From assembly GCA_963825525.1 (NCBI GenBank), contig CAWGTN010000002.1, forward strand, positions 1,408,001 through 1,472,000: a stretch of 64,000 nt of DNA, in the 5' to 3' direction. Made by a program: the position numbers and the translations under genes. The first letter of the stretch is position 1. Each line of letters begins with the position of its first letter. This DNA comes from an uncultured Chloroflexia bacterium. Its GTDB lineage: Bacteria; Chloroflexota; Limnocylindria; QHBO01. The notes beneath the pieces are model-generated. The model was not told the DNA's origin and did no database searches. It saw only the letters and a list, made by a program, of their open reading frames with translations. Shown piece by piece: positions 50,552-64,000 of the stretch.

Positions 50552-51547
50552 TCACGAGTGGCTGACCAGGCTCTTGCGGAACGTCCCGAAGTGCTCGAGC
50601 GCCATGCCGGTGCCGACCGCGACGCTGTTGAGCGCGTTCTCGGCCACGTGGCACGGGATGCCGGTCACCTGGGTCAGGAGCTTGTCCAGGTTGCGCAGGA
50701 GCGATCCACCGCCGGTCATGACCATTCCCTTGTCGATGATGTCGGAGCTGAGCTCGGGTGGTGTCTGCTCAAGCACGTTCCGGACCGCGGTGATGATGGC
50801 CTGCAGTGGCTGCTCGATCGCCTCGGTGATCTCGGTGCTCGTGATCGGGATGGTGCGCGGAAGGCCGGCGATCATGTCGCGCCCCTTGACCTCCATGCGC
50901 AGCGGCTCGTCCATGGGCAGGGCTGAGCCGATCTGGATCTTCACGTCCTCGGCCGTGCGGTCACCGATCATGAGGTTGTACTTGCGTCGGATGTAGTTCG
51001 CGATGCTCTCGTCGAAGCGATTGCCGCCGACGCGCAGGGAGTCACTGACCACGATCCCGCCGAGCGCGATGACGGCGATCTCGCTCGTCCCGCCGCCGAT
51101 GTCGATGATGAGGTTGCCACTCGGCCCGGAGATCGGGACGTTGGCGCCGATGGCGGCGGCGAGCGGCTCCTCGATGAGGTACGCGTCCTTGGCCCCGGCC
51201 TTGAGGGCGGCGTCCCTGACGGCGCGCTTCTCGACGCTCGTCACGCCGGAGGGGACGGAGATCATGACGTCGGGCTTGAAGAGGCGGACGCGGGCCACCT
51301 TGTTGATGACGTAGCGGAGCATGGCCTCGGTGATGAGGTAATCGGCGATGACGCCGTCGCGCATCGGTCGAATGGCTCGGACGTTGCCCGGGGTGCGGCC
51401 GATCATCTCGCGCGCCTCCTCGCCCACCGCGACGAGGCGGTTGTCGTCCTCACTGATCGCCACCACGCTCGGTTCGTTGAGGACGACACCCTTGCCTTTG
51501 ACGTACACGAGAATGTTGGCCGTGCCGAGGTCGATGCCGATCTTCAT
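50552..51547 (-). CDS. mreB: rod shape-determining protein MreB/Mbl
   Basis: [24 protein letters not shown] and TGGGSLL. Confidence 0.95.
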   Translation of the reverse strand: MKIGIDLGTANILVYVKGKGVVLNEPSVVAISEDDNRLVAVGEEAREMIGRTPGNVRAIRPMRDGVIADYLITEAMLRYVINKVARVRLFKPDVMISVPSGVTSVEKRAVRDAALKAGAKDAYLIEEPLAAAIGANVPISGPSGNLIIDIGGGTSEIAVIALGGIVVSDSLRVGGNRFDESIANYIRRKYNLMIGDRTAEDVKIQIGSALPMDEPLRMEVKGRDMIAGLPRTIPITSTEITEAIEQPLQAIITAVRNVLEQTPPELSSDIIDKGMVMTGGGSLLRNLDKLLTQVTGIPCHVAENALNSVAVGTGMALEHFGTFRKSLVSHS

Positions 51548-51683
51548 GAAGGTGCGCGCGGTCCCTCGTACTGGACTGGGTGGGGCGCTCGAAGTATACC
51601 GACGCACGGCCGGACGTCCGCCCACCGATGGTCCTGTCGGTCCCGGGGGTTGGGTGGGTGGCGGCGGGCGTGGGCGCGCGGTT

Positions 51684-51881
51684 GTGTTGACATACGCGCG
51701 CCAGGTGGGCGTATGTCCGGAAGGGCGCGCTCGGCCGGACAACTGCGTTCCTGGTTCGCATTAGCCGATGCGGAGGCTTGGTGAGCCGTCGCGGGGCCCG
51801 CCGTCACGCTCAGCCCGCGCTCGACGACCGCCGGATCCGCACTCGTTGCCCGCTAATGCGAACCACGCGTGCAGTTGGCAG
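51684..51881. repeat. REP-like element A: GACATACGC hairpin plus inverted pair of a ~30-bp motif (core TTCGCATTAGC)
   Basis: 9-bp stem 51689-51717; arms 51736-51765 and 51852-51881; homologous to element B. Confidence 0.75.
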
Positions 51882-52533
51882 GGAGACGAACCAGAGAAGC
51901 CCGGTCGGAGCGGGTGAAGCGGGCCGGCGCACCCAGGTGACCGCAGCCCGGCCGCGCACCGCGTATTGATCGAAGAGGATCGCGACCTGCTCGAGACGCC
52001 GGCGCGTGGTTCGGTCCTCCACGAAGATGATGGCCGGCACGACGGACCCGACCCGGCGGTCCGGCCACAGGCGGCGCGCGATTCGGGCCTTGACGTCCAT
52101 GCTGCCGAGCAACTGCTGCACGTCCACGAGATCGGTCTTGAGCTCGATCACGAGGACGGTGGCTGTCACCGGGTGCCAGGCGAGGAGGTCGATGCGGCCG
52201 CGCTCGCCGAAATGGTTGAAGCTGACTTCGGCGCGCACGGTCCAGCCCCAGCGCGTCAGCCGTGCCTTCACGTCCGCCCCCAGTGCCGCGTGGCCAGCGT
52301 CAAGGAGGCGATCCAGGTCCGTGCCCCGCCACGAGATGCGTGGCTCGAACCGAGCGCCCAGCGCAGCCAGGACGCTCTCGACGGAGCCGATGCTGAGGCG
52401 CGCCGCGTGGCCGCGTTCGAGGAGGGAGACCGCGCCACGGCTGACGTTCGCGCGCCGCGCGACATCCAGCTTGGCGCAGGCCGTTCCGGAGCCTGATGGC
52501 GCGGACGTGGCGCCCAACCTGCACGGCATTCAT
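51810..52533 (-). CDS. XRE-HTH fused to a PD-(D/E)XK nuclease-like domain (frameshift near 52470)
   Basis: VRAIRLRNGLRQ.DVARRANVSRGAVSLLERG; EVSF...GRIDLLAW...LVIELKT. Confidence 0.75.
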
Positions 52534-52588
52534 CGGTCAAGGGTCGGGCTCGGCACTTATCGGCGGCTTACGGCGCACAATCCACCCC

Positions 52589-53398
52589 ATGCCCGAAGGC
52601 GACACCATCTTCCGCACCGCCAGCGTCCTGCGTCAGGCGCTGCGTGACCGACGCGTCACGGCCGCCCGCGCGCAGGCTCGCCCGGGCATGCGAACGGTCC
52701 CCGACCTTTCCCGCCTGGTCGGTGCAACGATCGACCTGGTCGAGGCCCGCGGCAAGCACCTGATCATCGGCTTCGACAACGGGTTGACGCTCAGGACGCA
52801 CCTGCGCATGAGCGGGTCGTGGCATCGGTATCGGCCGGGTGAGCCGTGGCGGCGGCCCCAGCGTGAGGCCAGTGCCGTGATCGAGACGGCTGAATCGGTG
52901 GCCGTCGCCTTCAACACGCCGACAGTCGAGCTCCTGACGGACGCGGACCTGCGACGCTCGCGAGTTCTCACCGAGCTCGGTCCGGACCTGCTGAGCGGCA
53001 CATTCGACGCGGTTGAAGCGCTGAGCCGGCTCCGCGCACGGGACGGCGAAGAGCTCGGGAACGCGCTGCTGGACCAGCGCGCGGTGGCCGGCATCGGCAA
53101 TGTCTACAAGAGCGAGGTGGCGTTCATCGAGGGCCTCGATCCGTGGAGCCCGGTCACCAGCTTCGATGACGCGGAGATCGAGCGAACGCTGCGGACTGCG
53201 CGACGGCTCCTGCAGGCGAATACGCGAGGTGGCGCGCGCGTCACCACGGCGAGCCCGCGACGCGGGAACGAGCTATGGGTCTACGGGCGGGCCGGCCGCC
53301 CATGCCGGCGTTGCGGGACGCTGATCGAGATGCGACGGCAGGGCGAGCTGGCCCGACAGACGTTCTGGTGCCCGCGCTGCCAGCCGCCTCGGGGCTAG
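52589..53398 (+). CDS. nei: Fpg/Nei-family DNA glycosylase (Nei-like)
   Basis: MPEG start, GKHL, HLRMSG, LLDQ..AGIGNVY and CRRC..CPRCQ. Confidence 0.9.
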   Translation: MPEGDTIFRTASVLRQALRDRRVTAARAQARPGMRTVPDLSRLVGATIDLVEARGKHLIIGFDNGLTLRTHLRMSGSWHRYRPGEPWRRPQREASAVIETAESVAVAFNTPTVELLTDADLRRSRVLTELGPDLLSGTFDAVEALSRLRARDGEELGNALLDQRAVAGIGNVYKSEVAFIEGLDPWSPVTSFDDAEIERTLRTARRLLQANTRGGARVTTASPRRGNELWVYGRAGRPCRRCGTLIEMRRQGELARQTFWCPRCQPPRG

Positions 53399-54672
53399 GC
53401 CTCGATCCGGTTGATCCGCGCCCCGAGTGCCACGAGCTTTGCCTCGATCTGCTCGTATCCGCGGTCGACATGCTCGATGCCGGAGATGACACTCGTGCCC
53501 TCGGCGGACAGCGCGGCCAGGATGAGCGTGGCGCCGGCGCGCAGGTCGGCGATCCCGACTTCGGCCCCGTGAAGGCGAGTTGGTCCGGTGATCCGCGCCC
53601 GCCGCTCGTCGACAAGCTCGACGTCCGCTCCCATCCGAACCAGCTCGAGCAGGTGGTCCAGGCGATCCTCGAAGATGGTCTCGTGGATGGTGGAGACCCC
53701 GCGGGACTGGGTCATCAGGACCGAGAGCGGTGCCTGGAAGTCGGTCGCGAATCCGGGATAGGGGTCGGTCTGGACGTCGACGGCGCGCAGCTCCGCATCC
53801 CGGTTGCCGTGGACGGTGAGCGCGGCCCCGTCCGGATCGGCCTCGTACGCGATGCCCATCTGGTCGCACACGGCCAGGAAGGCGCCCAGGTGCGCAGGGT
53901 CCACGCCGGTCGCTCGCACGCTTCCACCGGTGACGGCCGCCGCAATCGCGAAGGTCTCCGCCTCGAGCCGATCACCAAGGACGCGGTGCTCAGTCCCGTG
54001 AAGGGCGGAAACTCCCTCGATCTCGATCCGCCGCTCCGCCGTCCGCTCGATCTGCGCCCCCATGCCACGGAGCATGGTGATGAGGTCGTCGATCTCGGGT
54101 TCGAGGGCCGTGTTGTCGAGGACCGTTGTCCCGCGAGCCAGGGTGGCCGCCATCATCGCGTTCTCGGTGCCCATGACCGTCACCGTCGGAAACTCGAACG
54201 TGGCGCCGTGGAGCCCCTCAGCCGGCGCCGATGCGAAGTAATAGCCATTGCGGTAGACGATGGTGGCCCCCATCCGCTCCAGCGCGGCAACGTGAAGGTC
54301 CACTGGTCGCCGGCCGATGCGATCGCCGCCGGGGTTGGGCAGGATCACTCGTCCGAATCGGGCCAGCATCGGCCCCAGCAGGATGAAGCTGGCGCGCATC
54401 TTGATCCCGGCTTCGAGCGGGACGAAGGGCCAGGTGGCCTCGACCGCGCGCAGCTCCAGGGCGTCGCCGTTGACGCGGCGGACCTCGAATCCGATGTCGG
54501 AGAGCAGCTCCCGGAGGATGGCGACATCGCTGATCTTCGGGACATTGCGAAGAAGGCAGGTCTCACCCGTCAGGACGGCCGCCGCCATTTCCTTCAGGAC
54601 CGCGTTCTTGGCGCCGGCGATGCGCACCTCTCCGGACAGCGGCACGCCGCCGGTGATGACGAACTTCTGCAT
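53395..54672 (-). CDS. murA: UDP-N-acetylglucosamine 1-carboxyvinyltransferase
   Basis: GAKNA, MRAS, PGGDRIGRRPVDLH, YPGFATD and DLRAGA. Confidence 0.96.
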   Translation of the reverse strand: MQKFVITGGVPLSGEVRIAGAKNAVLKEMAAAVLTGETCLLRNVPKISDVAILRELLSDIGFEVRRVNGDALELRAVEATWPFVPLEAGIKMRASFILLGPMLARFGRVILPNPGGDRIGRRPVDLHVAALERMGATIVYRNGYYFASAPAEGLHGATFEFPTVTVMGTENAMMAATLARGTTVLDNTALEPEIDDLITMLRGMGAQIERTAERRIEIEGVSALHGTEHRVLGDRLEAETFAIAAAVTGGSVRATGVDPAHLGAFLAVCDQMGIAYEADPDGAALTVHGNRDAELRAVDVQTDPYPGFATDFQAPLSVLMTQSRGVSTIHETIFEDRLDHLLELVRMGADVELVDERRARITGPTRLHGAEVGIADLRAGATLILAALSAEGTSVISGIEHVDRGYEQIEAKLVALGARINRIEA

Positions 54673-54765
54673 GGAACGGTGCAGTCTAGTGCGCGAGGGT
54701 GCGGCGTGCGGACCCGGGAGCTGTGCCGGGAGCGGTGCCGAGGGCGTTGCTGGGAGCCGCCACGC

Positions 54766-55092
54766 TCAGGACGGGTAGGCTTCCTTCCACTCGTGGCCGC
54801 CGAGATGGTGGCCATCACACAGCCCGACCCGACCGCCCATGTGACGTGACGGCAGGTACGGCTGCATCCCCTCCTCGAACGCCGTGGGTTCCCGGTTGCA
54901 GATCATCATGCGCGACTCCCGGGCCCACTCGTAGAGGTGGTCGGACGAGCAGAATCGATACGGCTTGGTGAAGTTCACCGTCTCGCCGTGGGCAGGAGAG
55001 GACGGAAGGCCGATGGGACCCGTCTCGCGCACCACCTCGATCCGGACCGGCAGCTGCGGCATCCGGGTGCCGCACTGGTCGCAGCTCAGCAT
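54766..55092 (-). CDS. small Cys/His-rich putative metal-binding protein (TRASH-like)
   Basis: CDQC...FCSSDHL...C...CDGH. Confidence 0.65.
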   Translation of the reverse strand: MLSCDQCGTRMPQLPVRIEVVRETGPIGLPSSPAHGETVNFTKPYRFCSSDHLYEWARESRMMICNREPTAFEEGMQPYLPSRHMGGRVGLCDGHHLGGHEWKEAYPS

Positions 55093-55104
55093 CTCAGCAT
55101 CTGC

Positions 55105-55350
55105 TCAGTCCAGGTAGTGGGCGCCGTCATCCTCGCGATGGTTCGCGACGAAGTCCGGATCCTGGTTCGGGTCCGCGCCGATCGGCGAGCCCTTGTGTGG
55201 CTTGAAATCGACCGGGCAGATGAACGGGTACTCGCGGCCGATCTTTCGGAGCTCCTGCATGCGCCGATGACCGGCATCGGGCTGGCCTTCCGGTCCGCGC
55301 AGGTGCGCGCGCTCGGCTTCCTCGGGGGTCATCGGCGTGTCGTCCGTCAC
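55105..55350 (-). CDS. hypothetical protein (81 aa)
   Basis: Co-oriented ORF 12 nt upstream of the next gene; plausible composition. Confidence 0.5.
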   Translation of the reverse strand: MTDDTPMTPEEAERAHLRGPEGQPDAGHRRMQELRKIGREYPFICPVDFKPHKGSPIGADPNQDPDFVANHREDDGAHYLD

Positions 55351-55439
55351 GGGTCGATGCTAGCGCAGGTGCCGATGAGGGGCCAGATGTGGCTTCGGGG
55401 GTGGTGGTGCGGGCGTGCGGGGCGTGCGAGCCGTCCAAT

Positions 55440-55608
55440 GGACAACCGCGCGTGTGATTCGCATTAGCCGGGGTGCGGGCGCCTGGGGGTCGTCGCCCAC
55501 GCTCAGCGGGTCGTGATTTCGGCCGTTTCGGGGCTCCCCAGACCGCTAATGCGAACCAGGACGGCAGTTGTCCGAACGAGGCGGCCGTGTTGACATACGC
55601 GAACCAGG
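55440..55608. repeat. REP-like element B (inverted pair of the ~30-bp TTCGCATTAGC motif plus GTGTTGACATACGCG)
   Basis: 55545-55574 matches the reverse complement of 51736-51765 at 28/30; 55587-55608 matches 51684-51705 at 20/22. Confidence 0.78.
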
Positions 55609-55724
55609 CGAGCGGTTGGCGGGAAGCAGCCAGTCGCGCGAGACGCGATTTCAGCTTGGCGGGAAGCGGCTGGGCCGCGCGAGACGCGGCTTCAGCTTGG
55701 CGCGAACCAGGCTAGCGGTTGGCG
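55598..55724. repeat. degenerate ~20/40-bp tandem repeats downstream of atpC
   Basis: 55616-55655 resembles 55656-55696; CGCGAACCAGGC.AGCGGTTGGCG occurs at 55598 and 55701. Confidence 0.7.
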
Positions 55725-55739
55725 AGAGCCGGCCGAGGC

Positions 55740-56150
55740 TCAGCCGCGGGAACGGCGGCGGGTCGCGATCCGTTCACGCATGAGCGCGGTCTGCAGCGAC
55801 GCCCGCACCCGCGCGATGTCCACCGGGTCCTTCGTCTGCTCGAGCTCCGCCTCGGCGTGCCGGCGAGCCTCGACGGCCTTCGCCTCGTCGATCTCGTCGG
55901 AATGCTCCGCCAGATCGGCCATGACGATGACCTTGTCCGAGCGCACCTCGACGAAGCCGCCGCTGATCAGCAAGGACTGCTCGGTGCCGCCCTTCTTGAT
56001 CCGCAGCTCGCCGACGCCCAGGGCGCTGATGAGCCGCGTGTGGTGCGGCAGGATGCCGAGCTGGCCATCGATGCCGGGCACGATGACCATGTCCACCTCA
56101 TCGGTGAACGCGCGCCGCTCGGGACTGACGATCTCCAGCTGCAGGGGCAT
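55740..56150 (-). CDS. atpC: ATP synthase epsilon subunit
   Basis: LEIVSPE, GQLGILPHH and SGGFVEV. Confidence 0.96.
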   Translation of the reverse strand: MPLQLEIVSPERRAFTDEVDMVIVPGIDGQLGILPHHTRLISALGVGELRIKKGGTEQSLLISGGFVEVRSDKVIVMADLAEHSDEIDEAKAVEARRHAEAELEQTKDPVDIARVRASLQTALMRERIATRRRSRG

Positions 56151-57584
<1,434 letters not shown>

Positions 57585-58475
57585 CTATCCGAGCGCTTCC
57601 GCGCCGGAGGCAATCTCGATCATTTCGCGGGTAATGGTCGCCTGGCGAGTCTTGTTGTAGACCAGCGTCAGGTCGTCGATGAGCTCGTTCGCATTGTCGG
57701 TCGAGTTGCGCATGGCGATCATGCGTGCCGATTGCTCCGAGGCGTTGTTCTCGAGCACGGCCCGATAGATGCCGATGGCCACGTAGTGCGGCAGCAGCCG
57801 GCTGAGCACCGCCTCCGGCGATGGCTCGAACAGGTACTCGTCGTTCGTCCGCTCGCTCTCCTCCGCCATCTCGGGTCGCACGACCGGGAGCAGCGTGTCG
57901 ACCTCCGGCTTCTGGGCCAGCGTCGACACGAAGGTGCTGTAGGCGATGTCGATCTCGTCGTACTTGCCCGACAGGAAGTCCTCGGTCACCAGCCGCGCGA
58001 TGGGCGTGACGTCGCTGAATGCCGGCCTGTCACCCAGCGGCGGGAAGTGCGCAGCGATCGGGACGCCGGCACGCCGCAGGGCATCACGGCCCTTGCGTCC
58101 CACGGTGATGGCCTCGATCTCCACCGACCCGTTGCCGGTGTCCGTCGTCGCCCGCCGGGTGACCCAGCGAAGCACCGACCGCGTGGCGTTCGCGTTGAGG
58201 GAGCCGGCGAGTCCGCGGTCGGTGGTGATCACGATGATCGCCGCGCGCTTCACGGGACGGCTGGCGAGCAGCGGGTCAATCTCCGCATCGAGTCCCGCGG
58301 CTCCACCAACGCGCTCGAGAACCGCCTCGATCTCGTCGGCATAGGGTCGCGCGGCCAGGATGGAGTCCTGCGCGCGCTTCATGCGCGACGCGGCCACCAT
58401 CTCCATCGCCCGGGTGATCTGGGCGATGTTCCGGACCGATCCGATCCGGCCGCGAATGTCCTTCAGGCTCGGCAT
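57585..58475 (-). CDS. atpG: ATP synthase gamma subunit
   Basis: ITRAMEMVAA, DRGLAG and RQATITRE. Confidence 0.97.
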   Translation of the reverse strand: MPSLKDIRGRIGSVRNIAQITRAMEMVAASRMKRAQDSILAARPYADEIEAVLERVGGAAGLDAEIDPLLASRPVKRAAIIVITTDRGLAGSLNANATRSVLRWVTRRATTDTGNGSVEIEAITVGRKGRDALRRAGVPIAAHFPPLGDRPAFSDVTPIARLVTEDFLSGKYDEIDIAYSTFVSTLAQKPEVDTLLPVVRPEMAEESERTNDEYLFEPSPEAVLSRLLPHYVAIGIYRAVLENNASEQSARMIAMRNSTDNANELIDDLTLVYNKTRQATITREMIEIASGAEALG

Positions 58476-58509
58476 CTAGCTGGACTTCTCCATGCGCTGC
58501 CCCTGCTGC

Positions 58510-58684
58510 TCGATAGTTCGCGGGATTCGCACATGAGCAGCGTTCGGCGTGCGATTTCCGCGATCAATCGAGCGTGTCGACGCTGGAACTGCACGCCGGC
58601 GGGCCACTCGTGCGGCCGGTCCATCGATAGATCGCGGGGATCGCACCTGAACAGCCGGTAATGTGAAATTCCCTCGATCTATCG

Positions 58685-58685
<1 letters not shown>
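58510..58685. repeat. two homologous 62-bp imperfect palindromes between atpA and atpG
   Basis: 58510-58571 and 58624-58685, both TCGATAG.TCGCGGG..TCGCAC...GTG.[A]ATT.CC.CGATC.ATCG. Confidence 0.75.
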
Positions 58686-60439
<1,754 letters not shown>

Positions 60440-60453
60440 GGAGTTCCTTCCTA

Positions 60454-60990
60454 CTAGACGGCGGTGAGCCGGGCGCGAAGCCGCTCGAGGCGACTCCGCA
60501 CGCTTGCGTCGTACAGTCGATCACCGATGCGGACACTCAGCCCGCCGATCAGCGATTCGTCGACCACTTCCTTCATCTCGATCGTGTCGCCGGTCAGCTC
60601 CCCGAGCCGAGCCGTGACGGCCGCACGCTGCTCATCGTCGAGCGGCAGCGCGGTCCGCACCTCCGCCAGTGAGATTCCCCGCTCCCTGCGCACGAGCTCG
60701 GCGAAGCGATCCACCATGGCGTCGATGGCTCCGGGGCGTCCGCGGCGAACCATGAGCAGCGCCAGGCTGAGCGACTCCTGGGAGACGCCCTCGACCACCC
60801 GACGCAGGACCTTCTCCTTCTCGGCGAAGGGAACCGCGGGATGCTCGACCAGCCGGCGAAGCTCCTTGTCGGCCAGGGCGTCGCGCAGCGTCGCCAGGTC
60901 ACGCTCCCAGGCGTCGAGCGTCTCATCGGCCTTTCCGATCTCGAACGCAGCGTCGGCGTAGCGACGGGCGGCCGTCTCGCGTCGTGCCAT
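60454..60990 (-). CDS. atpH: ATP synthase delta subunit
   Basis: ARRYA.A and [13 protein letters not shown]...DAS. Confidence 0.95.
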   Translation of the reverse strand: MARRETAARRYADAAFEIGKADETLDAWERDLATLRDALADKELRRLVEHPAVPFAEKEKVLRRVVEGVSQESLSLALLMVRRGRPGAIDAMVDRFAELVRRERGISLAEVRTALPLDDEQRAAVTARLGELTGDTIEMKEVVDESLIGGLSVRIGDRLYDASVRSRLERLRARLTAV

Positions 60991-60994
60991 CAGA

Positions 60995-61522
60995 TCAGCT
61001 GCGGGCCGACTTCGATGGTTTGGTCGGCTGGACCTCGGCGAGGAACTCCTCGACGAGTCGCCGCTGCGCCTTGTCGTCCATCTCGTGTCGGATCAGCTTG
61101 CCGGCGGCCGCCAGCGCGAGCTCGGCAACCTGGCCGCGGATCTCGGCCATGGCGCGATCCTTCTCGGCCACGATCTCCTCCCGTGCGCGGGCGGTGACCT
61201 TCTCGGCCTCCGCGCGTGCCTCGGTCAGGATCTCGTTGCGGGTGTCGTCGGCGATCTTGTTGGCGCGAGCGATCATCTCGTTCGCCTCCTTGCGCGCCTC
61301 GACCACGGCGGCCTCGCGCTCGGCGCGGGCTAGCTCGCGATCACGTGCCGCGACCTCCGCGTCCTCCAGCCCCTTCTCGATCTTCGATCCGCGCTCGTCC
61401 ATGCGCGCCAGCAGCGGCTTGAACAGGAAGCGGTTGAGGATGTAGAGGAGCAGCAGGAAGTTGACGACCTGGAAGAACAGGCCGACGACGTTGACATCGA
61501 ACGCCTCGATGAGGGCTTCCAC
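60995..61522 (-). CDS. atpF: ATP synthase b subunit
   Basis: QVVNFLLL..L..FLFKP followed by a coiled coil. Confidence 0.95.
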   Translation of the reverse strand: MEALIEAFDVNVVGLFFQVVNFLLLLYILNRFLFKPLLARMDERGSKIEKGLEDAEVAARDRELARAEREAAVVEARKEANEMIARANKIADDTRNEILTEARAEAEKVTARAREEIVAEKDRAMAEIRGQVAELALAAAGKLIRHEMDDKAQRRLVEEFLAEVQPTKPSKSARS

Positions 61523-61533
61523 CTACCGGGGTC

Positions 61534-62680
<1,147 letters not shown>

Positions 62681-62699
62681 GCAGGATCCTCTTCGTGTG

Positions 62700-62951
62700 C
62701 TAGCGCGAGTTCATCTGGTGTCGGGCCACGTCCCAGATGGAGTACATCGCGGCGCCGATGCCGACCGCCACCCCGATCAGGGTGAACAGCGGCGAGGTGT
62801 TCGCCCAATTGTCGAGCAGCACGCCTGCCACGACACCGATGACGACCGAAAGGCCGAGCCGCATCCCCAGGTCGAGCACCATCCCCCACTGCGGGGGACG
62901 TGCGACCGGACCGGGTTTGCCCTCACGTCCGTTCGGTTGTCGACTGCTCAT
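62700..62951 (-). CDS. AtpZ/AtpI (ATPase_gene1)-family protein
   Basis: G..LD....TSPLFTLIG..G. Confidence 0.8.
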   Translation of the reverse strand: MSSRQPNGREGKPGPVARPPQWGMVLDLGMRLGLSVVIGVVAGVLLDNWANTSPLFTLIGVAVGIGAAMYSIWDVARHQMNSR

Positions 62952-63207
62952 GTTGCTCCGCTCCGGGTCCACCCGCGACATCCTCGCCGCGCAGTCGGGC
63001 CATGTTGGTCGTGATGAACCGACGAAGCCAGAGTGCGGTGACGAGCGTGCCGATCGCGAGGCCACTCAACACGAAGAGGGGCGCAGTCCCCAGATTCCCG
63101 TCGACGACGAGACCGGCGATCACGCCTCCCACCAGCGGCAGGGCCACGATGAGCGTCACCTGGGCCAGCACTCTGCCAGGCCCGAAGCTCTGCCGTTGTT
63201 GTGTCAT
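62923..63207 (-). CDS. second AtpZ/AtpI-family protein
   Basis: GLVVD...GTAPLFVLSG...G. Confidence 0.75.
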   Translation of the reverse strand: MTQQRQSFGPGRVLAQVTLIVALPLVGGVIAGLVVDGNLGTAPLFVLSGLAIGTLVTALWLRRFITTNMARLRGEDVAGGPGAEQHEQSTTERT

Positions 63208-63291
63208 GTTCGAGTTCGACTCACAGCGGTCGGACGCCGGGAGTATAGCCGAGGCTCCCTGATCGTGCCCATCGCGGGCAGGTACGACGTG

Positions 63292-64000
63292 TCAGGCGGG
63301 CACGTCAGCGGTCGAGCGGGTCCCGGGCAGGCCGGGGACCGGGAAGCGGTCGGTGATGGCGGCCACGCGCTGGCGAATGGCCCCCTGCGCATCCTCGTCT
63401 CCGCGTGCCGCGACGCCGTCGACGATCAGCTGCGCGATCGAGCGCATCTCGGCCTCGCGCATGCCACGCGACGTGACCGCCGGGGTGCCGACCCGGACCC
63501 CCGAGCCGATCATCGGCTTCTCGGGGTCGTAGGGAATCGTGTTCTTGTTCACCGTGATGCGGACCTGGCCGAGGGCCGCATCGGCCTCTTTGCCGTTCAC
63601 GCCCAGGGGTCGCACGTCCACCAGCATGAGGTGATTGTCCGTGCCGCCCGAGACGATCGAGGCCCCGGCCTCGGCCAGCGAGGCGGCAAGGACGCGGGCG
63701 TTGTCCACCGTGGCCTGCTGGTCGGCGCGGAATTCGGGGCTCATCGCCTCGCGGAAGGCGACCGCCTTGGCCGCGATGATGTGCATGAGCGGCCCGCCCT
63801 GGAGGCCGGGGAAGACGCTCTTGTCGATCGCCTTGGCGTGCACCTCACGGCTCAGGATCAGTCCCCCGCGAGGGCCCCGGAGCGTCTTGTGGGTCGTGGT
63901 GGTGACGACGTCGGCGTGCGGCACCGGCGAGGGATGGACCCCGGCGGCAACGAGACCCGCGAAGTGGGCCATGTCGCACATGTGGAGCGCGCCAACCTCG
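63292..64000 (-). CDS. glyA: serine hydroxymethyltransferase (5' part beyond the window)
   Basis: [21 protein letters not shown] and GGTDNHL. Confidence 0.97.
   Translation of the reverse strand, partial: EVGALHMCDMAHFAGLVAAGVHPSPVPHADVVTTTTHKTLRGPRGGLILSREVHAKAIDKSVFPGLQGGPLMHIIAAKAVAFREAMSPEFRADQQATVDNARVLAASLAEAGASIVSGGTDNHLMLVDVRPLGVNGKEADAALGQVRITVNKNTIPYDPEKPMIGSGVRVGTPAVTSRGMREAEMRSIAQLIVDGVAARGDEDAQGAIRQRVAAITDRFPVPGLPGTRSTADVPA

Overview
High-GC bacterial DNA carrying many single-base indels that split conserved genes, most likely long-read or consensus errors. The gene set (Tad pilus without a secretin, a sortase-type LPxTA protein, MurA with Cys->Asp) suggests a monoderm organism, possibly Chloroflexota; this is inference only. 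Layout: (1) 0.04-11.8 kb is a phosphonate/cell-surface block: cytidylyltransferase-PEP mutase fusion, phosphonopyruvate decarboxylase, Fe-dependent phosphonoacetaldehyde reductase, a TagF-like phosphotransferase, four paralogous membrane-anchored Thr-nucleophile alkaline-phosphatase-superfamily enzymes and an AYLDP microprotein. (2) 11.8-21.4 kb holds an FAD oxidoreductase and seven GT-C-type membrane glycosyltransferases. (3) 21.6-43.9 kb is a Tad/Flp pilus locus with two two-component systems, one Flp, one motor and four separate TadE-TadE-TadG minor-pilin cassettes, each preceded by the same 33-bp motif G(C/T)AAG-N7-GCAAGGT-N8-TANNNT. (4) 43.9-64 kb is mostly housekeeping (comF, hpf, nfo, mreB-like, nei, murA, atp operon, glyA). 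It also contains an HTH-PD-(D/E)XK gene tied to a REP-like inverted-repeat family and a second REP-like doublet inside the atp operon. The best candidate for an undescribed system is a multi-tip Tad pilus with a shared promoter motif, physically linked to machinery for a hydroxyethylphosphonate-decorated glycan. No rRNA, tRNA, CRISPR array or transposase was recognised.
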